Source of the DNA: an uncultured Gemmatimonadales bacterium
GTDB lineage: Bacteria > Gemmatimonadota > Gemmatimonadetes > Longimicrobiales > RSA9
DNA: 64,000 bases
Assembly: GCA_963798845.1 (NCBI GenBank)
Contig: CAWCUS010000005.1
Span: forward strand, 160,001-224,000
Direction: 5' to 3'
Position 1 is the stretch's first letter. Every line of letters begins with the position of its first letter. Made by a program: the position numbers and the translations under genes. Below the pieces are notes generated by a model. The model did no database searches, was not told the origin of the DNA, and saw only the letters and a program-made list of their open reading frames with translations. This document shows, piece by piece, positions 28,704 through 37,607 of the stretch.

Positions 28704-30501
28704 GCCGCCCGAAACGGCGCTCCAGCTCGTCCAGGGAGAGGCGGATCACGGTGGGGCGGCCGTGCACGTCGTGGTACGGCAGCTCCGTGCAGAACAGCTC
28801 GTCGAACAGCCGCTGCATCTCCTGGACCGAAAGCCTCTGTCCCGCCTTGATGGCGCCCTTGCACGCGAACGTCTTGGCAAGGCGCTCGTACTGGTTGCGG
28901 GCCGATCGGGTCAGCTCGCTCCCCTCGGCGAGCTCCGCCAGCATGTCGCGCAGGCACCGTTCTGCGTCGAACCATGGGTGCGGGTTCGGCGCCGCGTGCA
29001 CGATGACCGTGCGCCCACCGAACGGCTCCGCCTCGAAGCCCGCGCGCGCCAGCAGCGTTCGGGTGTCCTCCACGACCGCGTATTCGGCCGGGGAGAGGCG
29101 CAGCGTGACCGGGAACAGCAGCCGCTGGCTCGGCCGCCCGCCCGCGTCGAAGTCGCGCATGAGCGCCTCGAACAGGATCCGCTCGTGCGCCGAGTGCTGG
29201 TCGATGATGAGCAGCCCCGTACGCGTCTCGGCCAGGATGTAGCTGTCGTGGATCTGCCAGAGCGAGCTGCGACGGCCGGCGTCCACACCCGCGGCGTCGG
29301 CGGCGTCGAACGGCCCGGCCTCCCCCGCCCCGCCCTCCTCCCCCGCAGGTCCGGTCACGGGCGCGCTCCGCGGCGAGGCAGGGACGAAGAACGCCAGCTG
29401 CCCCGCGTCGACGGCGCCGGCCCGAATCGCATCCTCGGAGCCGGGGCGCGGCTCGAAGCGTGGACCGCGGATCTGCGGCGGCGCCGGCCGTGCGTCGAGA
29501 GTGGCCGCGCTCGAGACGGTAGCGAGAGCGTCGCGCACGGCCGCCTCGACGGACTCCTCCACCTCGCCGCGTGCGTGGAAGCGCACCTCCGCCTTTGCCG
29601 GGTGGACGTTCACGTCCACCTTGCCGGGCGGCACCTCGATGTAGAGCAGGAGCGATGGCCTGGCTCCGTGCGGTATCGTCGTGCGGTACCCCCGCTCGGC
29701 CGCCGCCACCAGCGCGCGGTCGCGAAATGGCCGGCCGGCGACGAAGAGCTGCACACGCCTGGGCCCGCTCACCGCGGCGTCGGGTCTCTCCACCAACCCG
29801 GCGACGGTGGTTTCCGGGTCGCCGCCCGCAACGGCGACGAGTCGCCCGGCGAAATCGTCGCCCCAGAGCCCGGCAGCACGTCCAGCGAGGTCGCGTACGG
29901 GAGCCAGCTCCATGAGCGTGCGCCCGTTCGATTCGAGGCGGAACCCCGCGGACAGGTTGGCGAGGGCCAGCCCCGTGAGCACGTCGGCAATGGCGCGCGT
30001 TTCCACGGCCGCGGTCTTCAGGAACTTCGACCTCGCCGGGACGTTGAAGAAGAGGTTGCGGACGGTCACGGTGGTGCCCGGCTGCCGGGCGCAGTCCTCG
30101 GCCCCGAGCACCCGGCCCGCGGATACCCTGACCCGGGTGCCCACACCCCGGGACTCCGCCGTCTCCAGGGTGACCCGCGCCACCGAGGCGATGGAGGGCA
30201 GCGCTTCGCCCCTGAAGCCGAAGGTGCGCACCGCCCGCAGGTCGTCCTCGCTGGCGATCTTGCTCGTGGCGTGTCGGTCGAGCGAGAGCAGCGCGTCCTC
30301 GCGGCTCATCCCGTGGCCGTCGTCCGACACGCGAATCTCCGTCTTCCCGCCGTTGCGGATGACCACGTCGACGCGCGTGGCCGCGGCGTCCAACGCGTTT
30401 TCCACCAGTTCCTTGACCACGGACGCGGGGCGCTCCACCACCTCGCCCGCGGCGATCTGGTTGGCCAGCGCGTCGGGGAGAATCCGGATCCGTCGGGCCA
30501 T
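28696..30501 (-). CDS. mutL: DNA mismatch repair endonuclease MutL
   Basis: NQIAAGEVVERPASVVKELVEN, GFRGEAL, DVNVHPAK, DQHSAHERILFE, ACKGAIKAG, HGRPT. Confidence 0.97.
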   Translation of the reverse strand: MARRIRILPDALANQIAAGEVVERPASVVKELVENALDAAATRVDVVIRNGGKTEIRVSDDGHGMSREDALLSLDRHATSKIASEDDLRAVRTFGFRGEALPSIASVARVTLETAESRGVGTRVRVSAGRVLGAEDCARQPGTTVTVRNLFFNVPARSKFLKTAAVETRAIADVLTGLALANLSAGFRLESNGRTLMELAPVRDLAGRAAGLWGDDFAGRLVAVAGGDPETTVAGLVERPDAAVSGPRRVQLFVAGRPFRDRALVAAAERGYRTTIPHGARPSLLLYIEVPPGKVDVNVHPAKAEVRFHARGEVEESVEAAVRDALATVSSAATLDARPAPPQIRGPRFEPRPGSEDAIRAGAVDAGQLAFFVPASPRSAPVTGPAGEEGGAGEAGPFDAADAAGVDAGRRSSLWQIHDSYILAETRTGLLIIDQHSAHERILFEALMRDFDAGGRPSQRLLFPVTLRLSPAEYAVVEDTRTLLARAGFEAEPFGGRTVIVHAAPNPHPWFDAERCLRDMLAELAEGSELTRSARNQYERLAKTFACKGAIKAGQRLSVQEMQRLFDELFCTELPYHDVHGRPTVIRLSLDELERRFGRHG

Positions 30502-31769
30502 CAGAGCACGATCGCCTTGAGCGCCAGGAACAGGATGGCCCCCACCGCTGCGGCGGCCGGAACGGTGGCGAGCCAGGAGTTCACGATATTGCGTATGACA
30601 CGCACGTTCAGCGCGCCCAATCCCTGTGCGAAGCCCACGCCGATGACGGCGCCCACCAGCGTGTGGGTGGTGGAGATCGGCAGCCCCAGCCGACTCGCCA
30701 CCAGAACGGTGGTCGCCGTGCCGAACTCGGCGCTGAACCCGCGCGTGGGGGTGATCTCCGTGATCTCCTTTCCCACCGTGGCGATCACGCGATAACCGAA
30801 CGTGCCCAGTCCGATCACGATGCCGGCACCGCCGCCCACCAGGATCCAGCGCGGTACAGGCACGCTCGTGGCCAGCTCGGTGAACCCGTTCTGCGCCAGA
30901 TTCACGACGGCCGCAACGGGGCCGATGGCGTTGGCCACGTCGTTGGCACCGTGGGCGAACGCCACGTAGCACGCGGTGATGATCTGCAGGCTGGCGAAGG
31001 TGCGCTCGACGTAAGCGTAGGGGTCCCCGGCCGAAGGCACCGGGCGACGCCGCACGCCGAACAGCGTGAGCGCCCCGGCCAGGAAGCCGCACCCCAGCGC
31101 GATCGCGAGCGCGAGCAGGACCGGTGGCCGGGAGAGCACATTCTTGAGGACCTCGTAGATGAACGAGAGGACGATGAGCGTGATCACCGTCCCCACCATG
31201 TACGGTGCAATCTCGCGCGTCGCCTTGATGGGCGTAGCGCTTCGCAGCACCCGGCTTCGCACTACCATGAACGTGATGTAGGCGAGGATCCCTCCGAGAA
31301 GCGGCGACACGACCCAGCTGACGACGATTCGCCCCAGCATCCCCCAGTGCACGCCGCCCAGCCCGAACGTCACCAGCCCCATGCCGATGAGCGCCCCGAC
31401 GATGGAATGCGTGGTCGAAACGGGGAGCGACAGGAGCGTGGCGAGGTGGAGCCAGATCCCGGCGGCGAGCAGCGCCGAGAGCATCCCGAGCGCGAGGATG
31501 AGCGGCCCGTTCGCGCCGAGTGGACCGGCGGCCCCGAACGCCGCCACGTCCACGATCCTGCCACGGATGGTGGCTGTGACATGGGAGCCGACCAGGACCG
31601 CTCCCAGAAACTCGAACGTGCCGGCCAGCACGACGGCCCGGGCGAGCGTGAGGGCGCCCGACCCCACCAATGTCCCCATGGCGTTGGCGACATCGTTGGC
31701 ACCGATGTTCCACGCCATGTACGCCCCTGCCGCGATCGCGGCCAGGAGCAGCGCTGTCGCCGTGGTCAT
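30501..31769 (-). CDS. Inorganic phosphate transporter (PiT family)
   Basis: Two GANDVANA motifs, PVSTTHSIVG and PISTTHTLVG, multiple TM segments. Confidence 0.93.
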   Translation of the reverse strand: MTTATALLLAAIAAGAYMAWNIGANDVANAMGTLVGSGALTLARAVVLAGTFEFLGAVLVGSHVTATIRGRIVDVAAFGAAGPLGANGPLILALGMLSALLAAGIWLHLATLLSLPVSTTHSIVGALIGMGLVTFGLGGVHWGMLGRIVVSWVVSPLLGGILAYITFMVVRSRVLRSATPIKATREIAPYMVGTVITLIVLSFIYEVLKNVLSRPPVLLALAIALGCGFLAGALTLFGVRRRPVPSAGDPYAYVERTFASLQIITACYVAFAHGANDVANAIGPVAAVVNLAQNGFTELATSVPVPRWILVGGGAGIVIGLGTFGYRVIATVGKEITEITPTRGFSAEFGTATTVLVASRLGLPISTTHTLVGAVIGVGFAQGLGALNVRVIRNIVNSWLATVPAAAAVGAILFLALKAIVL

Positions 31770-32440
31770 CGGCGCGCGAGCATCAGGCGCAGCAGGTCCG
31801 CCGTATTCTCCGCGTGGTTGGCGATGCGGCCCAAGGCCTGGAGGATCTGCATCCAGATCACCACAGAGACGGCCCCGATCTCCTTTTCCGTCTCGAACAG
31901 CGACCTCGAGCTGGACCATTGCATCTGGTCCGCCTGCCACTCCATGTCCGCGATCTGGTTCACCTGGTTGAGCGTCTTCTCCACTTCGGGCCCTGCGAAC
32001 GACACCTCCTGCAGCAGCGGCAGCTCGTCGGCCACCCGGTACCACAGCTCGCTGGTGGACACCACGTGCTCCACGAAGCGCCGGAACTCCGGCATCATTG
32101 CCGACGGTGTGGGCGTCTGGCGCATGGCCATGAGCACGCCGAGGTCCTCGGCCGCGTCCGCGATCCCGTCCTGCTCCTTCAGGAACAGGAGGATGTCCCC
32201 GCGGTCGACCGGCATGAACATGGACTTCGGCAGGTGGTCGCGGATCTCGTTCTTGAGCTCGTCCGCCATGTGCTCCAGCTCCGAGATCTGCTCGTAGGTC
32301 TCCTGCGTCGCCGCCCAGTCGCCGCGCGTGAACGCGTCGGCCAGGTCCGGGATCAGCAGAACGGTGTCGTGGACCCGCTTCGCGTGCTCCGCAAGCGGCT
32401 TGAAAGGAGAGCGGCCGAACAGGCCGAGAACGTTACGCAT
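31766..32440 (-). CDS. DUF47/TIGR00153 PhoU-like phosphate transport accessory protein
   Basis: GLFGRSPFKPL, EHMADELKNEIRDHLPKSMFMPVDRGD, QDGIADAAED. Coupled to the PiT gene. Confidence 0.88.
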   Translation of the reverse strand: MRNVLGLFGRSPFKPLAEHAKRVHDTVLLIPDLADAFTRGDWAATQETYEQISELEHMADELKNEIRDHLPKSMFMPVDRGDILLFLKEQDGIADAAEDLGVLMAMRQTPTPSAMMPEFRRFVEHVVSTSELWYRVADELPLLQEVSFAGPEVEKTLNQVNQIADMEWQADQMQWSSSRSLFETEKEIGAVSVVIWMQILQALGRIANHAENTADLLRLMLARR

Positions 32441-33203
32441 GGTCGTCGTCGTCCAGGCGATAGAGTCGGTTTGCGTTTGCGGTGGTGACTTGCGCCACCG
32501 CATCCAGTGAGTCACCCCTGAGCGCCGCCACGGCCCGCGCCACGTCCACCACGAACGCGGGCTCGTTCCGCTTGCCGCGATGCGGCACGGGAGCGAGGTA
32601 GGGTGAGTCGGTCTCGATCAGGAGGCGGTCGGCAGGCGTGGCCGCCACCAGGTCCATTGCATCGTAGCCCGGGAACGTCACCAGCCCGGAGAAGGAGATG
32701 TACCAGCCGGCCGCTGCGCCAGCATCGAACAGCGCGCGTGAGCCGGCGAAGCAGTGGAGCACACCGCGCACGCCCGCGGGCGCCTCACGGATCATGGCAA
32801 TGGCGTCCGCGTCCGCATCCCGCACGTGGACCACGACCGGAAGCCCCGTCTCCGCCGACAGCTCCAGGTGCCGTCCGAACGACTCCCGCTGCGCCGATCG
32901 CGGGGAGTTGTCGTAGTAGTAGTCCAGCCCCGTTTCCCCGATGGCGACCACGCGATCCTCGTCCACGAGCTCGCGCACGCGGTCGAACCGTCCGGGGTCT
33001 CCCTCCGCGACGTGCGGGTGGATGCCCGCCGTGGACCAGACGCCCAGCCGCAGAGCCAGCGCCAGAGCCGCTCCGGAGTCTCCGTCATCGGAGCCCACGA
33101 GAACGAAGCGCCCGACGCCCGCGGCCCGTGCGCGCGCCGCCGCCGCCGTCGCGTCGCCCTCGAAACGTTCATCTGTCAGGTGACAGTGCGAGTCGAAGTA
33201 CAT
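32433..33203 (-). CDS. tatD: TatD family deoxyribonuclease
   Basis: DSHCHL, GIHPH, AIGETGLDYYY, GVLHCF, ETDSPYLAPVPHRGKRNEP. Confidence 0.94.
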   Translation of the reverse strand: MYFDSHCHLTDERFEGDATAAAARARAAGVGRFVLVGSDDGDSGAALALALRLGVWSTAGIHPHVAEGDPGRFDRVRELVDEDRVVAIGETGLDYYYDNSPRSAQRESFGRHLELSAETGLPVVVHVRDADADAIAMIREAPAGVRGVLHCFAGSRALFDAGAAAGWYISFSGLVTFPGYDAMDLVAATPADRLLIETDSPYLAPVPHRGKRNEPAFVVDVARAVAALRGDSLDAVAQVTTANANRLYRLDDDDHA

Positions 33204-33266
33204 CGTCTCCAGCTTGCGAAGAAGGCCGCGCGGCGCGTGCCGGCGGCCTTCACGCCGTTGCCCCGC

Positions 33267-34211
33267 TCAGGCGCGCGCCCTTCGCGCTCCGCCCGCGGCG
33301 GCGTGCTTCTCTCCCGTCCGTTCCTCGATCTCGAGCAGCGCGGGCGAGGCCACGAAGATCGAGGAGTAGGTTCCGATCACAATCCCGACGATGAGGATCA
33401 GGGCGAAGCTCCGGATGATCGTACCGCCCAGGAGGAAGAGCGCGAGCAGCACGGCGAACGTGGTGCCGGAGGTCAGGACGGTGCGCGGGAGGGTCTCGTT
33501 GATCGAGCGATCGAGCACGTTGAGGTACGGATCGCGGCGCCCCGACCCCTTGAGATTCTCGCGCACGCGATCGAACACGATGATGGTGTCGTTCAGCGAG
33601 TACCCGATGATGGTCAGGACCGCGGCCACCGTCGGAAGCGACACCTCGATCCTGAGCCCCGAGATGACGCCCAGCGTGATCAGGGTGTCGTGGACCGTCG
33701 CAATCACGGCGGCGACGCCGAAGCGCCACTCGAACCGGAAGGCCAGGTAGATCAGCGTGAGCCCGAAGGAGAGGAGGATGGCGATGAGCGCCTTCTCCTG
33801 CAGCTCGCTACCGATCTTCGGCCCCACCGCCTCCGTGCGGACCACCTTGAACGTCCCCTCGCCGTAATGGGCGGCCAGGAGGTTCGTGATGATGTCGGAC
33901 GTGTTCGTCCCCTCTTCCGCGAACTCCGGCACCCGTACCAGGAACTCGTCCTCCGCGCCGAAGCGCGTCACCTCCGGCCGCTGGAGCTGACCCACCACGC
34001 CCCGCAGCTCGCCCACGGTGGTAGGCTTGGAGAACTCGATCTGCACCAGCGTCCCACCCGTGAAATCGACGCCGTAGTTCACCCAGCCGCGCCCGGTGGC
34101 GGCGAAGAACACCATCGCCGCCAGGCTCAGGGCGATCAACGTGCCGCTGAGCACGTAGGCGCCGCGGCGGCGCTCGATGAACTGGTAGTTCGCCTTCTGG
34201 AATAGCCGCAT
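33267..34211 (-). CDS. secF: Protein translocase subunit SecF
   Basis: GVDFTGGT, VGPKIG, GYSLNDTIIVFDRVREN, GTYSSIFVA. Confidence 0.96.
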   Translation of the reverse strand: MRLFQKANYQFIERRRGAYVLSGTLIALSLAAMVFFAATGRGWVNYGVDFTGGTLVQIEFSKPTTVGELRGVVGQLQRPEVTRFGAEDEFLVRVPEFAEEGTNTSDIITNLLAAHYGEGTFKVVRTEAVGPKIGSELQEKALIAILLSFGLTLIYLAFRFEWRFGVAAVIATVHDTLITLGVISGLRIEVSLPTVAAVLTIIGYSLNDTIIVFDRVRENLKGSGRRDPYLNVLDRSINETLPRTVLTSGTTFAVLLALFLLGGTIIRSFALILIVGIVIGTYSSIFVASPALLEIEERTGEKHAAAGGARRARA

Positions 34212-34229
34212 GATGGCTTGGTGCCTTCC

Positions 34230-35861
34230 TCAGATGCTGATGGGCTCGGTGGGCCGCTTCCGAGCGAGATAGAGCAGGAAGAACGTGCGCGTCACGTAGA
34301 CCGCAGAGAAGAACGACGCCACGATCCCCACCGACAGCGTCACAGCGAACCCGCGCACGGGCCCGGTGCCGAACTGGAAGAGGATCAGCGCCGTGAGCAG
34401 TGTGGTCAGGTTCGAGTCCACGATCGCCGACATGGCGTGCTGGAATCCCTCGTCGGCGGCCGTCCTCGCTACACGCCCCGCGGCCAGCTCCTCACGTATT
34501 CGCTCGAAGATCAGGACGTTCGCATCCACCGCCATGCCCACGGACAGGATCATGCCCGCGATCCCCGGAAGCGTGAGCGTGGCGTTGAAGGCCGCGAGGC
34601 CTCCGAGCACCAGGATGACGTAGACCACCAGCGCGCTCACGGCGAGCAGGCCCGAGACGCGGTAGTAGGCGATCATGACGCCGACCACCAGGATCAGCCC
34701 CACGATCCCGGCCACCTCCCCCTTGCCGATGGAGTCCGCGCCCAGCGACGGCCCCACCGAACGCTGCTCGATGATCCGCAGCGGCGCGGGGAGCGCGCCC
34801 GCGCGGAGCACGAGCGCCAGGTCCTGCGCTTCCTCGAGCGGCGCCTGCCCCATCTCGATCTGGCCCCGAGCTCCGATCTGGCTCCGGATCACGGGGGCGC
34901 TCACCACCTGGTCGTCGAGCACGATGGCGATCCGCTCGCCAATGTTCTGGCCGGTGACGCGCTCGAAGGTCCGGCCGCCCCGCCGCGTGAGCGTGAACGA
35001 GACGATGGTCTGGTTGTACTGCTGTTCCTTGCCCGGCTGCGCGTCCTGGAGCTCCTCGCCTTTCAGGAATGGCCGCTCCTGTAGCACGTACAGCGGCCGG
35101 TACAGCTCCGCCCCCTGTGCTGTCGGCTCCTCACCCCAGCGAAGGATCATGCCCCGGGGGATCGTCCGCTCGACCTGCGGGTTGGACAGCCACCGCCTCA
35201 TGGTCTCGTAATCGCGCTCGGCCACCAGCATCTCGCCGCCGCCGCCCGCCTGCATGAGCATGTCGCTGAAAGGCCGCCGGCTCGGCGCCTCCACCTCGGC
35301 CGCGGTGTCCGCCGCGCCCGCGGCCTCGCCCGTCGTGTCTGCCGCCTGGGCGGAGTCGCCGCCGAACAGGAGGTTCTCGACAGTCTCGCGTCCCGTCTCC
35401 TCCGGCTCCGCGCCGGGCGCGAGGCCGGCGCTGTCGCCGAACGCGGCGAGCACGGCGCGGTCGAGGCGAGGAAGCGCGGCGGTGAACTGCTGGAACTCCT
35501 GCTCGGTCGAGACCAGGTAGAACTCGAGGAAGGCGGTCTGCTTCAGGATCGACTTGGCCCGCTCCTGGTCCTGGATCCCCGCGAGCTCCACGATGATCCG
35601 GTCGGCGCCCGCCTTCTGGATCAGCGGCTCCTCGACCCCGAACTGGTCGATCCGGGTCCGGATGATCTTCAGGGCACGGTCGGTCGCATCCGCCCGGCTC
35701 TGCGGTGTCATGGTCCCGGCCTGGTCCTCGACTTCGAGCACCAGGTGCATGCCGCCCTGGAGGTCGAGGCCTCGCTTGAGGCCGTTGTGGTAGAGGTACC
35801 AGCCACTGACGACGACCACCAGGACGATCAGGGCGACGCGACCCTTCAAGCTGCCGAGCAT
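34230..35861 (-). CDS. secD: Protein translocase subunit SecD
   Basis: GLDLQGG, LRAGALPAP, GPSLG, GMAVDANVLIFERIREE, GPVRGFAVTL. Confidence 0.96.
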   Translation of the reverse strand: MLGSLKGRVALIVLVVVVSGWYLYHNGLKRGLDLQGGMHLVLEVEDQAGTMTPQSRADATDRALKIIRTRIDQFGVEEPLIQKAGADRIIVELAGIQDQERAKSILKQTAFLEFYLVSTEQEFQQFTAALPRLDRAVLAAFGDSAGLAPGAEPEETGRETVENLLFGGDSAQAADTTGEAAGAADTAAEVEAPSRRPFSDMLMQAGGGGEMLVAERDYETMRRWLSNPQVERTIPRGMILRWGEEPTAQGAELYRPLYVLQERPFLKGEELQDAQPGKEQQYNQTIVSFTLTRRGGRTFERVTGQNIGERIAIVLDDQVVSAPVIRSQIGARGQIEMGQAPLEEAQDLALVLRAGALPAPLRIIEQRSVGPSLGADSIGKGEVAGIVGLILVVGVMIAYYRVSGLLAVSALVVYVILVLGGLAAFNATLTLPGIAGMILSVGMAVDANVLIFERIREELAAGRVARTAADEGFQHAMSAIVDSNLTTLLTALILFQFGTGPVRGFAVTLSVGIVASFFSAVYVTRTFFLLYLARKRPTEPISI

Positions 35862-35928
35862 GGCTCCCGATTTCTCCCGTTCTGCTTACGTGCGGGCAGA
35901 ACGCCCGCTGTCCGTCGAAAGACGGCGA

Positions 35929-35957
35929 AAAGTGACGGTGCCACCGCCCCCTGTCAA
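35929..35957 (-). promoter_or_regulatory. Candidate promoter for secD operon
   Basis: Perfect TTGACA, 17-nt spacer, weak -10 (CACTTT). Confidence 0.4.
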
Positions 35958-35980
35958 CGGCAGCCGGCGTCGCGCAGGGC

Positions 35981-37273
35981 TCAGCCCTGATAGCTCACGC
36001 GCCAGATCCTGCCGCCGGCGTCATCGGTGATGTAGAGCGAGCCATCCGGCCCAACCGCCAGGCCGGTCGGCCGGTGCGAGCGCGTCTCCGCCCAGTTCTC
36101 TTCCCCGTGCGCGAAGACCGTGTGCGAAGGGCCGAACTCCCCGCCGGTGCGGGGGACGAACACCACGTACGCCCCCTCCTGCGGCTCGGGAGCGCGATTC
36201 CACGAGCCATGGAACGCGATGAACGCTCCGCCACGGAAGCGCTGCGGGAACGCGGCTTCCGCCCCGTCCGGCGGCTCGTAGAAGGCGAGCCCGTCGGGGG
36301 CCAGGTGGCCCGGGAATCCGAGGATCGGCGGGGTCAGGCCGGCGCAACGCTCCGCTGCCGTCTCCGGACCGCCGTACTCTGGAGCCAGAACGTAACTCCC
36401 CTGGCGCTGGTCGTAGTAGCAGTAGGGCCAGCCGAAATCCGCCCCTTCGCTCACCCGCACGAACTTCTCCGCGGGCAGCTCCGCCCCTTCCTGGGCCGAG
36501 TACGATTCACCCCAGTTCTGGTAGAGCTGGTCCCGTCCATGGACCGCCGCGTACAGCTTTCCGTCGCCGGGATCGAAGGCCAGCGCCACGCTGTTCCGCA
36601 TGCCGGTCGCGAAGCGCTCTCCGTCCGCGAGCGTCTGCCCCGCCTTCGCCGCGTCGAAACGCCAGATCCCCGCGTTCTCCTGGCGCTCATCGCACGGGTC
36701 CTTCCCCGGGGAGCCCGCGCGGCGGTCCCGCTCCTGACACGAGTTCGACGGGGAGCCCATGTTCACGAACAGCGTTCCGTCCGGGGTGATCGCCAGCGAC
36801 TTGGCCACGTGGCTCCCGTGCGCGCGGAGCCCGCCCACGATCGTTTCGGCCCCACCGGTGGGCTCGAGCGACCCCGCAGCCAGCCGGTACCGGACGACCG
36901 CCCCGTCCCGGCCGAAATACAGCCAGCCGTTCCACAGCCCGATCCCCGTCCCGCCGGCGTTGTCGAAGCGCCGGCGCACGTCCGCTCGGCCGTCCCCCGT
37001 GGTGTCCCGGAGCGCGAGCACCCCTCCGGCGTCATCGCCCGCCCCGTCGAGGGATACGAAGAGGTCCCCGTTCGCCGCCACCGTGATGTGCCGCGGCGCC
37101 GGCAGCCCATCCGCCACCACCAGGGCGCAGAAACCCTCCGGGAGCACCAGACCGCCATTGTCCGGGTCGCACGACGGGTCCGCTGCCGTGGTCCGGTCCG
37201 CGGCGAGGCAGCCCAGGGATGTCGTCAGGACTACGGCGAACGCGACCGTGACGGGAAGGTGCGCTGGTCTCAT
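35981..37273 (-). CDS. Exported PQQ-dependent sugar/L-sorbosone dehydrogenase family protein
   Basis: Signal/lipoprotein-like N-terminus. DTTGDGRAD, FATGMRN, HGRDQL, FGWPYCY, AFHGSWNR, RPTGLAVGPDGSLYITDD. Confidence 0.85.
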   Translation of the reverse strand: MRPAHLPVTVAFAVVLTTSLGCLAADRTTAADPSCDPDNGGLVLPEGFCALVVADGLPAPRHITVAANGDLFVSLDGAGDDAGGVLALRDTTGDGRADVRRRFDNAGGTGIGLWNGWLYFGRDGAVVRYRLAAGSLEPTGGAETIVGGLRAHGSHVAKSLAITPDGTLFVNMGSPSNSCQERDRRAGSPGKDPCDERQENAGIWRFDAAKAGQTLADGERFATGMRNSVALAFDPGDGKLYAAVHGRDQLYQNWGESYSAQEGAELPAEKFVRVSEGADFGWPYCYYDQRQGSYVLAPEYGGPETAAERCAGLTPPILGFPGHLAPDGLAFYEPPDGAEAAFPQRFRGGAFIAFHGSWNRAPEPQEGAYVVFVPRTGGEFGPSHTVFAHGEENWAETRSHRPTGLAVGPDGSLYITDDAGGRIWRVSYQG

Positions 37274-37383
37274 CGAGGCCCTCCTGAGTTCGGGGTCCGG
37301 GTGGGAAGGTGCATGGGCACTGGGGCGCCGGTCGCGCCGCTGCGGCCGGAGGACGGAACGTGCCGGCGTGGTCCGGAGTCGAG

Positions 37384-37457
37384 TGGGCCCGGCAGGACTC
37401 GAACCTGCGACCCTCCGATTATGAGTCGGGTGCTCTGACCGACTGAGCTACGGGCCC
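37384..37457 (-). tRNA. tRNA with CAT anticodon, most likely tRNA-Ile2 (lysidine-modified)
   Basis: GGGCCCG acceptor with paired G1-C72, so not the initiator. CCGA-CTCATAA-TCGG anticodon arm of the Ile2 type. CCA not encoded. Confidence 0.9.
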
Positions 37458-37607
37458 GCGTCGCGGTCGATGGCCGGAAACATAGGCCGGGGCCGCCCGG
37501 GGAGGAAGAGGAGGCCAGCGCGAGACGCCGGTGCCCGAACGGGTTCCTTGCCGGGTGGATTCCGGCTGCTGTATTCATTCGGCCCGGCCCTCTTCACCAA
37601 GGCCCCC

